Assembly (NCBI GenBank): GCA_023429825.1
Contig: JAEZDC010000035.1
Span: 3,003-67,002 of the forward strand
Reading direction: 5' to 3'
Length of the DNA stretch: 64,000 nt
Source: Bacteroidota bacterium
GTDB taxonomy: Bacteria; Bacteroidota; Bacteroidia; Chitinophagales; Chitinophagaceae
The notes under the pieces were generated by a model. The model was not told where the DNA came from. It made no database searches and worked only from the letters and a program-made list of their open reading frames with translations. A program made the position numbers and the translations under genes. This document shows positions 37,207 through 46,609 of this stretch, in pieces (the first letter of the stretch is position 1; every line of letters begins with the position of its first letter).

Positions 37207-38465
37207 TTAAATATTACTTGAACAGTATCTGTTGTTTCCTGCTGCAATAGTAATTGTTTTCCCTGCATCATTTTATCAAGAAGTTCTTTATTAAAATGAC
37301 GGATAGTAAGCAGGCTCAATCCTTTTTCTACATCCACATCAAATATTTCTGCGGCATAAGAAGCTAGCTGGTTGATCTTGTCACTCCTGTCATCTAAACA
37401 TAACTGTACGCTGATCGCTCCTGTCTGAATAAGATTGGGCTTGAACTTTAGCTGGGCGAATATCTCGTACAATCGGCTCATTGGCTTTTCACCCACGAAA
37501 GAAAAATCCTGGCTGTGCAGATGCATCAACACCTGGTTTTGTTTGATGACCACGATAGGGGGCAGGTTCTTTATTTTTTTATTAGCGATAGTTGTACCCG
37601 GTAAAGAAGGATCTACAAAACATTTTACATGCAATGGAATGTTCTTATTCTGCAACGGCTTGATCGTTTTTGGATGTATTACCTGGGCACCATAGTATGC
37701 CATTTCGATCACTTCATTAAAGCTGAGTTCACTAATAAATGTAGCTTCAGGAAACTCTTTGGGATCGGCGCTCATTACACCTTCTACATCTTTCCAGATA
37801 GTTAAACTTTCTGCATTTAATAAGTTGGCAAAAATTGCCGCGGTGTAATCACTTCCTTCCCGGCCCAGGGTGGTGCTTTCATTCTCGTCCGTAGAGCCGA
37901 TAAATCCCTGAGTAAGATAAATATTGGATGACGGGTTGCTGTCAGATATTAGATGCTGAATGCGCTCCGAGGTATAATTCCAATCAACAGTAGCATCTCT
38001 GAAATTATCGTCTGTACGAATGATATCTCTTACATCCAACCATTGATTGGTCACATTAACTTCATTAAGGTAATGACTAACGATCGCTGTACTTAGTAAT
38101 TCACCCACACATACCACCTGGTCGTAGTAATAATCAAATTCTCTTTGTGGCTTATCATGTAATAACCATTCTACTTCCGTGAAAAAATCATTCAGTTGCG
38201 TGTAGCATTGGTTATAGTTTTTTACAAGAAGATATTTTGCTGTTGTGAGATGCTGATCTCTTATGGTATGAAATAGGGATATCGCCTGTTCTTTATTGCC
38301 TGCATAAAAAGCTTCGGCCACTTTTTCCAAAGCATTCGTGGTTTTACCCATGGCTGAGATGATCACTACCAGATGCTCATTGCTGTAATTCTGAAGAATA
38401 GAAGCTACATTTTTGATCCTGTCTACACTGTTTACGCTGGCCCCGCCGAATTTGAAAACTTTCAT
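37203..38465 (-). CDS. lysC: aspartate kinase
   Basis: 420 aa with MKVFKFGGASV.., ..ISAMGKTTN.., ..LGREGSDYTAA.. and a C-terminal ACT-like region. Confidence 0.9.
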   Translation of the reverse strand: MKVFKFGGASVNSVDRIKNVASILQNYSNEHLVVIISAMGKTTNALEKVAEAFYAGNKEQAISLFHTIRDQHLTTAKYLLVKNYNQCYTQLNDFFTEVEWLLHDKPQREFDYYYDQVVCVGELLSTAIVSHYLNEVNVTNQWLDVRDIIRTDDNFRDATVDWNYTSERIQHLISDSNPSSNIYLTQGFIGSTDENESTTLGREGSDYTAAIFANLLNAESLTIWKDVEGVMSADPKEFPEATFISELSFNEVIEMAYYGAQVIHPKTIKPLQNKNIPLHVKCFVDPSLPGTTIANKKIKNLPPIVVIKQNQVLMHLHSQDFSFVGEKPMSRLYEIFAQLKFKPNLIQTGAISVQLCLDDRSDKINQLASYAAEIFDVDVEKGLSLLTIRHFNKELLDKMMQGKQLLLQQETTDTVQVIFK

Positions 38466-38591
38466 ATTGATGAATGGTCAATGGTGATTGGTGAATGCGG
38501 TTGCAAAAGTCGGGCAAAAATGTTGATACAAGGGCGTAAAGAAATAAAGTCGCAAAGGCGTTGAATGGGAATTGGTGCTATGGTTGCAAAA

Positions 38592-38611
38592 GTACAAGAG
38601 TGCGACGCAAC
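38592..38611 (-). repeat. REP-like intergenic element, copy 2 (reverse orientation)
   Basis: gtacaagagtgcgacgcaac is the reverse complement of gttgcgtcgcactcttgtac. Confidence 0.65.
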
Positions 38612-38692
38612 AGGAGTTGAATAGCGAGATGAAGCTGGCTACATCAAAAATTCATTTCTATATTCGCAGTGTATTAAACTAAATCTTGCTAT

Positions 38693-39721
38693 ATGGTTAA
38701 CAGGAAGGTGCTGACTTTAGATGAATTTACTATCCAACAATTGAGGGATTTTCCACAAGCTACTGGTGAGTTGAGTAGTTTGCTCAGGGATATTGGCCTT
38801 GCTGCGAAACGGGTGAATGTAGAGGTGAATAAGGCCGGTTTGGTTGATATTTTAGGCGATGCAGGCACTATGAATGTACAGGGGGAAGAGGTGAAGAAAC
38901 TGGATGTGTTTGCCAATAACCAATTCATGGGTGTACTCCAGCATGGTATTAGTTGTGCAGGAATTGGAAGTGAAGAACTGGATGATATCGTGGTGTTTGA
39001 TGATCCTGTAAGTAATAACAGTAAGTACGTATGTTTATTTGATCCGTTGGATGGAAGCGGCAATATTGATGTGAATGTTTCTATAGGAACGATCTTCAGT
39101 ATTTACCGTCGTGTAAGTGAATTAGGTAAGCCTTGTACTAAAGAAGATTTTCTACAACCTGGCATTAAACAGGTGGCTGCCGGTTACGTTATATATGGTT
39201 CGTCAACAATGCTTGTATATGCAACAAGGAGAGGAGTGAATGGTTTTACATTGGATCAATCCATTGGTGAATTTTGTTTGAGCAATGCAGATATGAAATG
39301 CCCTGAGAAAGGAAAGATATATTCTGTTAATCATGGTAACTTCTTCCAGTATGATAAGCCGGTGCAGAAGTACATCGATAACTGCCAACGTAAGACAAAA
39401 GCCGATGGAGGTCCGTACAGTCAACGCTATATCGGTAGTATGGTGGCAGATGTGCACCGCAACCTGTTGAAGGGCGGCATCTTCATGTACCCGGGTACAA
39501 CTGATAAGCCTAAGGGAAAATTAAGGTTGCTGTATGAATGTAATCCTTTTGCGTTCATTGTAGAAGTTGCGGGAGGCAAAGCCACTAATGGAAAGCAACG
39601 CATATTGGAAATTCAGCCTACAGAGCTTCACCAAAGAACGCCGTTATTCATTGGCAGCAAGCTGATGATGGAAGACCTTGAGGTTTTGTTAAATGAACAG
39701 CCTGCAGCAGCAGGGGTATGA
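38693..39721 (+). CDS. fbp: fructose-1,6-bisphosphatase, class 1
   Basis: 342 aa with ..[22 protein letters not shown].. and ..[23 protein letters not shown].. motifs. Confidence 0.92.
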   Translation: MVNRKVLTLDEFTIQQLRDFPQATGELSSLLRDIGLAAKRVNVEVNKAGLVDILGDAGTMNVQGEEVKKLDVFANNQFMGVLQHGISCAGIGSEELDDIVVFDDPVSNNSKYVCLFDPLDGSGNIDVNVSIGTIFSIYRRVSELGKPCTKEDFLQPGIKQVAAGYVIYGSSTMLVYATRRGVNGFTLDQSIGEFCLSNADMKCPEKGKIYSVNHGNFFQYDKPVQKYIDNCQRKTKADGGPYSQRYIGSMVADVHRNLLKGGIFMYPGTTDKPKGKLRLLYECNPFAFIVEVAGGKATNGKQRILEIQPTELHQRTPLFIGSKLMMEDLEVLLNEQPAAAGV

Positions 39722-39757
39722 TTTTTGGCTGATATTGCAGCAAACATTGATCTACCT

Positions 39758-40249
39758 ATGAAGAATATGCTGTTCCTCGCCGTTGCTGTTTTTGGAATCA
39801 GTCTTACTTCATGCTCACAATTCATTCCTGCGAAAAAAGTTGATTCAGCCAACACGAATGTGAATGCTAACGCATCAGCATTTGAGATGGATGTTTTGGC
39901 TGAGATCAATAAATACAGGGCATCAAAAAAGCTTTCACCACTATCGATGAATAAGGCTGTGTTGGACGAAGCGAGGAAACACAGCGCCGATATGGCTTCT
40001 AAAGCAGTAGCGTTTGGTCATGATGGATTTAGTCAGCGTTCGCAACGGTTATCCCAGAAGCTGAGTTATATCCGCAATGTAGGAGAGAATGTAGCCTACG
40101 GCCAGGTATCTGCAAAAGAAGTGGTAGAAGACTGGCTCACAAGCCCTGGCCATAAGAAGAACATAGAAGGAAATTTTACAGAAACAGGTATTGGCATTGC
40201 CCGTAATTCCAAAGGTGTTATATATTACACCCAAATCTTTATACGGTGA
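39758..40249 (+). CDS. CAP/SCP/PR1-like domain lipoprotein
   Basis: Start at ATG 39758 (MKNMLFLAVAVFGISLTSC lipobox). It has ..HS.DMA....FGH.. and ..GENVAYG...A.EVVEDWLTSPGHKKNI.. CAP motifs. Confidence 0.75.
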   Translation: MKNMLFLAVAVFGISLTSCSQFIPAKKVDSANTNVNANASAFEMDVLAEINKYRASKKLSPLSMNKAVLDEARKHSADMASKAVAFGHDGFSQRSQRLSQKLSYIRNVGENVAYGQVSAKEVVEDWLTSPGHKKNIEGNFTETGIGIARNSKGVIYYTQIFIR

Positions 40250-40764
40250 CCAAGAAACTGGTTTTCAGCATCCTGATCTTAACATTAATCTTATTCTTTG
40301 CAAACAATACATCTGCCCAGGTAAATCCTAATAAGGCGTTTTATTATAACCCGAAGGGCGTTACTTACGTGCCGCCTCTTTCAAAAGCTTCTATCATCTA
40401 CGATGGTAAACTCATTACCGGTAAAAAGCAGATAAGTAATTTATTCAGCTACCTGAACAATGAACAGTTAAATCAATTCTTCACCCGCTATAAAAAGAAT
40501 AAGAATGCAGCAAATGTTTTCTGGTTGGTAGGATTCGGGCTCAGTGTTTATTCCATTGCCGACAGGGTTTCCAATTCAGATAGAAAATTCAACTGGTATA
40601 CATTCGGTGGCGGATTGGTTTGTTCTGCCGGTAGCAGTTATTTCAATGCCAGGGCAAATCAACATTTGCTGAATGCTGCGATCGTATATGACAAGGCAAT
40701 GAAAAAGACCGGTTTTATTCAGCCCAAACAAAACATCACTATCTCTCTTCCCTTAACAAAATAA
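40246..40764 (+). CDS. hypothetical secreted/membrane protein
   Basis: 172 aa. A GTG start overlaps the CAP stop (GTGA). It has a signal peptide plus two hydrophobic segments. Confidence 0.5.
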   Translation: MTKKLVFSILILTLILFFANNTSAQVNPNKAFYYNPKGVTYVPPLSKASIIYDGKLITGKKQISNLFSYLNNEQLNQFFTRYKKNKNAANVFWLVGFGLSVYSIADRVSNSDRKFNWYTFGGGLVCSAGSSYFNARANQHLLNAAIVYDKAMKKTGFIQPKQNITISLPLTK

Positions 40765-40767
40765 TGC

Positions 40768-41529
40768 ATGGCAAAGACGATCATCCAGGTAAATAATCTT
40801 CATAAAAAATATGGAGATTTTGAAGCAGTAAAGGGAATCAGCTTCGAGGTGTATGAAGGAGAGATATTTGGTTTACTTGGACCGAATGGCGCAGGGAAAT
40901 CAACAACGCTGGAAATAATTGAAACACTCAGAACAAAAACCAGTGGAGAAGTGATGGTTGATGGGATCAATTTAGATAGATCACCACAGGAGATAAAGAA
41001 GATCATTGGTGTGCAGTTGCAGACATCGGGTTATTATCCCGGGCTGAATTTGATTGAACTGGTTAGTTTATTTGCCGGGTTATATAATGAGAAAGTCGAT
41101 CCTTACGAATTGCTGGATAGTGTTCAGTTGAGGGATAAGGCCAAATCCAAATTCAAGGAATTGAGTGGTGGTCAAAAGCAGCGCTTCTCTATTGCCACCA
41201 CACTCATTAATAAACCAAAGATCATTTTCCTGGACGAACCTACTACCGGGTTAGATCCGCAGGCAAGAAGAAATTTATGGGAATTGATCAAGGACATTCG
41301 TTCTAAAGGAACTACCGTTATCATTACCACGCATTACATGGATGAAGCTGAAGTGCTATGCGACAGAGTTGCCATAGTCGACAGCGGAAAGATCATTGCT
41401 TTAGATTCTCCTGATAAATTGATAGACGACCTTGTAGCTGCCGGATTTGAAAAGCCTAAAGAAGTTAAGCAGGCGAATCTTGAAGATGTGTTCATCAATC
41501 TAACGGGGCACTCGTTACGGGAGGAGTAA
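40768..41529 (+). CDS. ABC transporter ATP-binding protein
   Basis: It has Walker A GPNGAGKST, the signature LSGGQKQR and Walker B IIFLDEPTTGLD. No permease gene is adjacent. Confidence 0.88.
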   Translation: MAKTIIQVNNLHKKYGDFEAVKGISFEVYEGEIFGLLGPNGAGKSTTLEIIETLRTKTSGEVMVDGINLDRSPQEIKKIIGVQLQTSGYYPGLNLIELVSLFAGLYNEKVDPYELLDSVQLRDKAKSKFKELSGGQKQRFSIATTLINKPKIIFLDEPTTGLDPQARRNLWELIKDIRSKGTTVIITTHYMDEAEVLCDRVAIVDSGKIIALDSPDKLIDDLVAAGFEKPKEVKQANLEDVFINLTGHSLREE

Positions 41530-41612
41530 CTGATATTGTTGCGATGCGATCATCTGATCTATTCCCGGTTATTCAAAACATTTAAGTTTGGTCTATACTA
41601 AAATAAACTGCG

Positions 41613-42137
41613 ATGACAGACCTACGTTATCCTATTGGTAAATTCGAAGAGCAGCCTTTCTCAACCGAACAAAAGAAAAAATGGTTAGCTGATATAAAAT
41701 TCCTGCCACAGGAGTTAGAGAATGCTGTATTAAATCTTGATGAAGCACAACTTAACACTCCATATCGTGATGGTGGCTGGAAGGTAAAGCAGGTGGTGCA
41801 TCATGTAGCAGATAGTCATATGAATGCTTTTATCCGGTTTAAGCTGGGGCTTACAGAAGACAATCCTACAATAAAACCATATGATGAGAACGAATGGGTA
41901 AAGTTTGAAGATGTAGAAAATCTTCCTGTTAATGTATCGCTTACAATTTTACATCCGCTTCATTTACGCATGTATACTTTCCTGCAGCATGTTACTGATG
42001 AGCAATGGCAACGTACCATTTTTCATCCTGAGCATCAAAAACAAATGACACTTTGGTATTTGCTTGGTAATTATGCATGGCACGGCAGGCATCATACTGC
42101 TCATATAACATCTTTAAGAGAAAGAAATAAATGGTAA
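41613..42137 (+). CDS. DinB/YfiT-family putative metal-dependent hydrolase
   Basis: 174 aa. A His triad (HHVADSH .. HP.H .. HGRHH) on a four-helix scaffold is typical of YfiT/BstA-like proteins. Confidence 0.78.
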   Translation: MTDLRYPIGKFEEQPFSTEQKKKWLADIKFLPQELENAVLNLDEAQLNTPYRDGGWKVKQVVHHVADSHMNAFIRFKLGLTEDNPTIKPYDENEWVKFEDVENLPVNVSLTILHPLHLRMYTFLQHVTDEQWQRTIFHPEHQKQMTLWYLLGNYAWHGRHHTAHITSLRERNKW

Positions 42138-42700
42138 TGGCAAAAGACCTGAAATGGAAATTGATCAGTTCACAATATTTGATAAGAGACAGTTGGCTTA
42201 CTGCAAGAAAGGACACTTGTGAGAGGCCGGATGGGAAGATCGTTGATCCCTATTATGTGCTGGAATATCCTGATTGGGTTTGTACACTTGGTATTACAGA
42301 AGATAATAAGGTTGTTCTTATCCGTCAATACCGCCATGCAATAGGAGAGGTGTGCTGGGAAATACCCGGTGGATGTGTGGATCCTTCAGATAACAATTTT
42401 GAAGATGCCGCATTGAGAGAATTGCAGGAAGAAACGGGGTATACATTCAATGAAATATATTCTCTTGGTACTACTATTCCTAATCCTGCTGCAACAAATA
42501 ACATGATGCATTTGTTCATTGCGAAGGGTGGCGTAAAAAGCCACAAACAGAATTTAGACAAGAATGAGGATATCGAAGTGGCATTGGTGAGTATAGATGA
42601 GTTGATCAAAATGTTGGATAATGAGGAGATCAATGAGGCATTACACATCACCTGCATCTATAGAGCATTGAGGTTTCTTGGCAAAATGGAAGTACACTGA
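42137..42700 (+). CDS. NUDIX hydrolase
   Basis: It has the Nudix box GGCVDPSDNNFEDAALRELQEETGY. The start is ATG 42137, with an alternative at 42131. Confidence 0.85.
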   Translation: MAKDLKWKLISSQYLIRDSWLTARKDTCERPDGKIVDPYYVLEYPDWVCTLGITEDNKVVLIRQYRHAIGEVCWEIPGGCVDPSDNNFEDAALRELQEETGYTFNEIYSLGTTIPNPAATNNMMHLFIAKGGVKSHKQNLDKNEDIEVALVSIDELIKMLDNEEINEALHITCIYRALRFLGKMEVH

Positions 42701-43984
42701 TCATCTTTTCACTTCAGCTACCAGGAACACACTCCCGCAGACGAGGATAAGATCATTTGTTGATGCATGCGTTAATGCATCGTTCAGGGCAGCATCAACA
42801 TCCATAAAACAGTTTCCCTTTAAACCAATAGCCTTTGCTTTTTCCTGTAAGCTCACCTCATCCAACGCCCTTGGTATCTGTGCTTTCGTAAAATAATAAG
42901 ACGCATGCTTGGGTAACAGGTGTAAAACAGCGTCCACTTCTTTATCCTTCACCATCCCGATCACCATATGCAACTTATTATACCTGGTATATTCCAGCTG
43001 TGCTGCTAATTGCTTCACCCCATCTACATTATGAGCCACATCAAGCACTACTTTGGGATGTTGTTGTATCACCTCCCATCTGCCGTGCAGACCAGTTAGT
43101 TTTTTTACATGCTGTAATGCATGATCAATATGTCCAGGTTCAATCTTCCACTGGTGTATTTGAAGCTGGTGAATTGCTTCCAATACACTTAAGAGATTTT
43201 TTGTTTGATAAATGCCTCCGAGATCGAGTTTGTATGTATGCTTTTGATTTTTTTCTGCAACAGTGATCTTGATATGGTCGTTCTCAAAACTCCACTCATC
43301 CACATATCTTTTTTGATCTGCAAAAACAATCGGTGCTGATCTGAGTGACGCCTGCTTCGCAAAGATTGGTTGGATGTTCTCGGCAGTTTCTCCAATCACT
43401 ACCGGAACTTTTTCTTTGATGATCCCGGCTTTTTCAAATGCGATCTCCTCCAGTGTGTTACCGAGTAAATTCATATGATCCCAGCCAATATTAGTGATTA
43501 CGCTCAGTACAGGCGAGATGATATTAGTACTATCCAATCTTCCGCCTAAGCCTGTCTCTACAACAGCTATATCTACCTTCTGCTGAGCAAAATAGTCAAA
43601 GGCCATAGCTACGGTGATCTCGAAGAAAGAAGGTTCTATCTCATGGATCAAATGCTGAATGCGCTGCACAAAATCAACCACGAAATCCTGCTCGCACATC
43701 TTTCCATCCACTTTAATTCTTTCCCGGAAGTCGTAAAGGTGAGGAGAGGTGTACAACCCGGTTTTATATCCTGCAGTTTGTAAGATGGCAGCCAGCATAT
43801 GACTTGTTGAGCCTTTGCCATTGGTTCCGGCAATATGAACGCTTTTGAATGTATTCTGCGGATTGCCTAAGGCTTCACATAGTTTAATGGTATTGGTAAG
43901 GTCTTTCTTTATGGCTGCAGCGCCGATACGGCTGAACATAGGGAGTTTGGTAAAAAGATAGTCAACCGTTTGAGGGTAGGTCAT
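42701..43984 (-). CDS. folC: bifunctional folylpolyglutamate synthase / dihydrofolate synthase
   Basis: 427 aa with the P-loop HIAGTNGKGST and Mur-ligase-family central and C-terminal domains. Confidence 0.9.
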   Translation of the reverse strand: MTYPQTVDYLFTKLPMFSRIGAAAIKKDLTNTIKLCEALGNPQNTFKSVHIAGTNGKGSTSHMLAAILQTAGYKTGLYTSPHLYDFRERIKVDGKMCEQDFVVDFVQRIQHLIHEIEPSFFEITVAMAFDYFAQQKVDIAVVETGLGGRLDSTNIISPVLSVITNIGWDHMNLLGNTLEEIAFEKAGIIKEKVPVVIGETAENIQPIFAKQASLRSAPIVFADQKRYVDEWSFENDHIKITVAEKNQKHTYKLDLGGIYQTKNLLSVLEAIHQLQIHQWKIEPGHIDHALQHVKKLTGLHGRWEVIQQHPKVVLDVAHNVDGVKQLAAQLEYTRYNKLHMVIGMVKDKEVDAVLHLLPKHASYYFTKAQIPRALDEVSLQEKAKAIGLKGNCFMDVDAALNDALTHASTNDLILVCGSVFLVAEVKR

Positions 43985-44064
43985 ACTGCAAAAATAAGCG
44001 GAACAACATCTATAAAGAAGGATGTTAAGGTGTGGCTGGGGGCATGGTTTGCTCTGGGTTTACT

Positions 44065-44111
44065 CTGCGCCGTATCTGCTTCGGCATAGCGCTACAGCAG
44101 ATACGGCGCAG
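44065..44111. repeat. perfect 15-bp inverted repeat with 17-nt loop
   Basis: ctgcgccgtatctgc (44065-44079) and gcagatacggcgcag (44097-44111) are exact reverse complements. The repeat lies in the folC upstream spacer. Confidence 0.8.
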
Positions 44112-44113
44112 AC

Positions 44114-44200
44114 CCCTATCAAATCCGAATCAAACCCTAGCCAAAGTCCCTATAACATCCCTATAAAAACCCTATAAGGTCCCTATAACGTCCATATATC
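44114..44200. repeat. about 11-bp phased CCCTAT(A) array (8 units)
   Basis: ccctat/ccgaat/ccctag/ccctat x4/ccatat start at 44114, 44125, 44135, 44148, 44159, 44170, 44181 and 44192. Confidence 0.7.
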
Positions 44201-44342
44201 TTCTTTCGAGTAGTTGTAATGCTGCGTTGTTTGTGGAGGTAAAGCGTTTAGACGCCTATTATGGATTGGCTATGGCTGTATCTTAAGACAATATTTGAAA
44301 TGTATTCATTGCATTGTGGATAAAAACTAAAGTGTAGCCCAC

Positions 44343-44368
44343 AAAAAAAGCCAGGCAAAAGCCCGGCT
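44343..44368 (-). terminator. probable terminator of the TonB-like gene
   Basis: agccaggc pairs with gcccggct in 7 of 8 positions across a 4-nt loop. A plus-strand A7 run gives the minus-strand T-run. Confidence 0.55.
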
Positions 44369-44389
44369 TCTACATTAGATACTTGCTAA

Positions 44390-45283
44390 CTATCCTTTAA
44401 GTTGAAAATTAAATACGATGGTACCTTGTTGATCACTTGAATTGCTTGCATTAAACCTTAACTGCCGAGCTTTTCTTAACGCGATAGATCTAACATTGGC
44501 ATTAGTAGTGGTGGTTCCTCTTGGGTTAACCACAGCGGTGGTTACACTTCCATTGGCATCTACAACAATATCCACTGCAACCTTTGCATTTTCATTGAAA
44601 TCATCCTCAAAAGAAGGCAGTTTTGCAATCCTCCTTCCATCTAATCCACTTCTTACATATACACCACTATTACCTCTTGGACCATTACCGGTGTAACTAT
44701 CGGAATTAGGATTACCACCCGGCTTGCCCTGGTCGCCGTTACCACCGGCTATCCCTTGATTACCTCCTTTATAATAGCTATCGGTGGAGCCATTCCCTCC
44801 TGTGCCTTTTCCGTCAGGAGATGTTTTACCCGTAAATACTGCTTTGGGTTTTGGTGGAGCAGGAGTCGGGATCACAGCAGGTTTTGTCACCACTGTTTTC
44901 TTTACTTCAGTATTATCATTCGGCTTTTTGATCTCCGTTTTTGTTTCTGTTTTTTTCACTACAGGTACATCTTCTGCTTCATTATCCTCACCTTTTACAT
45001 CTTCCTGTGTATCATTGGCAGGAGTGGCAGGTGTAGAAGCCTGGTCATCTTGCGGAGCCGGATCTCCCGGCAACAAAGGTTGATCTGTTCCCAATCCTGT
45101 TTCGTCTATACCCAAATTCACTTCAATACCTTCTTCTACTCTCACAGGTGCTATGGTTGGTAAAGTAAGTGAAGCAAAAAAGAAAAAGATGGCAAGCAGG
45201 GCGCATACAATTGCTGTGTAGGTTCCGGCCTTCATGTTCTTTTGTGTTTCAAATGCCTTGTCCATAATTGCGTATTGTGCCAT
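44390..45283 (-). CDS. TonB-like energy transducer (N-terminal anchor, Pro-rich linker, C-terminal TonB-type domain)
   Basis: 297 aa. It has a TM anchor (TAIVCALLAIFFFFASL), a Pro/Lys/Thr-rich spacer, a Gly-rich segment, and C-terminal ..AKVAVDIVVDANGSV..A.R.A..LRF. Confidence 0.62.
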   Translation of the reverse strand: MAQYAIMDKAFETQKNMKAGTYTAIVCALLAIFFFFASLTLPTIAPVRVEEGIEVNLGIDETGLGTDQPLLPGDPAPQDDQASTPATPANDTQEDVKGEDNEAEDVPVVKKTETKTEIKKPNDNTEVKKTVVTKPAVIPTPAPPKPKAVFTGKTSPDGKGTGGNGSTDSYYKGGNQGIAGGNGDQGKPGGNPNSDSYTGNGPRGNSGVYVRSGLDGRRIAKLPSFEDDFNENAKVAVDIVVDANGSVTTAVVNPRGTTTTNANVRSIALRKARQLRFNASNSSDQQGTIVFNFQLKG

Positions 45284-45425
45284 AGCAAAATATATTATTT
45301 GTACTAACGATGTGTGAGATGTGCAAATTACATAGGTGCTTATGTAGGTTTTGTTAATTATGTGAATAACTCTGAATGTTTAGGGAATGTTTGTGGAGCC
45401 AGCAGCAACACGCTATTAGACTCCC

Positions 45426-45445
45426 GTAGCATCGCACACTTCAGT
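45426..45445 (+). repeat. REP-like intergenic element, copy 3 (more diverged)
   Basis: cgctattagactcccgtagcatcgcacacttcagt aligns with agctattaaactcccgttgcgtcgcacacttgtgc at 57440-57474. Confidence 0.5.
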
Positions 45446-45451
45446 GTATTA

Positions 45452-45482
45452 ACAAAAATGGGCAGGTGAAAAACCTGCCCAT
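45452..45482 (-). terminator. intrinsic terminator of the sigma/anti-sigma-protease operon
   Basis: A perfect 10-bp stem, atgggcaggt with acctgcccat, has a 5-nt loop. A plus-strand A-run gives the minus-strand T-run. Confidence 0.75.
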
Positions 45483-45507
45483 CGTTCATTTATAAAATAC
45501 AGTATAA

Positions 45508-46605
45508 TTAGAATGCTTTTACCTGGTAAACGTAATCTTCCAGTTGCTTGATCTGGTTCACCCTGTCTTTACCTTTTAGGCTGGAAGCGGTAGAGAGTTT
45601 TATCTTCTCAATAGCCGTATCAGATTTTTTCACTTCATCAATAAAGCGATAAAGCGCTTTATTTTTCACCGCAAATACAACACCTATTGCCTGTGTTTGT
45701 CTTGTGCTTAATACACCGATAATCTCTCCATTCTTATTTAAAACAGGACCCCCAGAGTTACCCGGATTGGCACTCAAACTCATTTGGTAAGTGAGCGTAT
45801 CTCCATCAAAACCAGTTCTTGCACTTAGGTACCCCATATTGTAAACGATCTCATTCTTTGGATAACCGAGCGTATAGATCTCTTCACCAAGATCGGCAGA
45901 AGTTCGTTTGAAACTATAAGGTAAGGTTGATTGTGTTTTAAAATCTTCGTCTTCTATCTTAAGAACTGCCAGGTCTTTAGAGTCATCCTTAGCAAGGATC
46001 CTTGCTTTAAATTCCTGGCCTTTACTATTCACTACCACGACAGAAGAAAAGTTTCTGAGTACATGCGCATTGGTGATAAGATAACCTTTACCATCGATCA
46101 TAAAACCCGAACCATCTGTTGTTTGAGTGATCTCAACCGGTATTTTGGACCTTTTTACTTCGTTATTGATCGCATCTGTCTTACGTTTCAGGTTATTCAC
46201 CTCCCTGTTCAATTCCTGTAAAGCCCTTTGATTGGGAGCAGGAGCGATCAGTAATGCGATCACGCTGATCACTAACGCTATAACGCCGCCAACACTTGCT
46301 GCGATGGCCGTAACCCTTTTATATCTTTTCCAGAGCTGAATGATCTTAGCTTTTGTCGTAGGAGTAGGGTCTTCGCTGATCTCACCATTCTCAACAAGTG
46401 TATTATGAGCCTCATGCAGCTGGTGCTTAAGGTTACGGTGAGCCGAGTAAGTATCCATCTGCTGGAGGAACATGCTATGCTCCACCACCATTTGGTCTAC
46501 TTCCGGAGTAGTCTTGCGAAGGTTCTCGAAATACTCACGCTCTTCACGGCTCATCTTGCCGCTGAGGTAGTTTTCGATCGCTTCTAAAAGTAAAATATCA
46601 TCCAT
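45508..46605 (-). CDS. membrane-anchored trypsin-like (S1C) serine protease with N-terminal anti-sigma-like domain
   Basis: The start at ATG 46605 lies 4 nt after the sigma-factor stop. It has a cytoplasmic helical N-domain, a TM helix (VTAIAASVGGVIALVISVIALLIAPA), a coiled coil, and then the His/Asp/Ser triad motifs ITNAHVL, KDLAVLKI and GNSGGPVLN. Confidence 0.75.
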   Translation of the reverse strand: MDDILLLEAIENYLSGKMSREEREYFENLRKTTPEVDQMVVEHSMFLQQMDTYSAHRNLKHQLHEAHNTLVENGEISEDPTPTTKAKIIQLWKRYKRVTAIAASVGGVIALVISVIALLIAPAPNQRALQELNREVNNLKRKTDAINNEVKRSKIPVEITQTTDGSGFMIDGKGYLITNAHVLRNFSSVVVVNSKGQEFKARILAKDDSKDLAVLKIEDEDFKTQSTLPYSFKRTSADLGEEIYTLGYPKNEIVYNMGYLSARTGFDGDTLTYQMSLSANPGNSGGPVLNKNGEIIGVLSTRQTQAIGVVFAVKNKALYRFIDEVKKSDTAIEKIKLSTASSLKGKDRVNQIKQLEDYVYQVKAF

Positions 46606-46609
46606 ATAA

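Noticed and set aside
38466-38692. Lysine riboswitch or Thr/Lys leader peptide upstream of lysC. I also considered a cobalamin riboswitch upstream of the TonB-type genes at 12004-12099 and 21060-21255.
   Set aside because: I could not find the conserved lysine-riboswitch core, any Lys/Thr-rich mini-ORF, or a B12 box by eye. A covariance-model scan would be needed to be certain.
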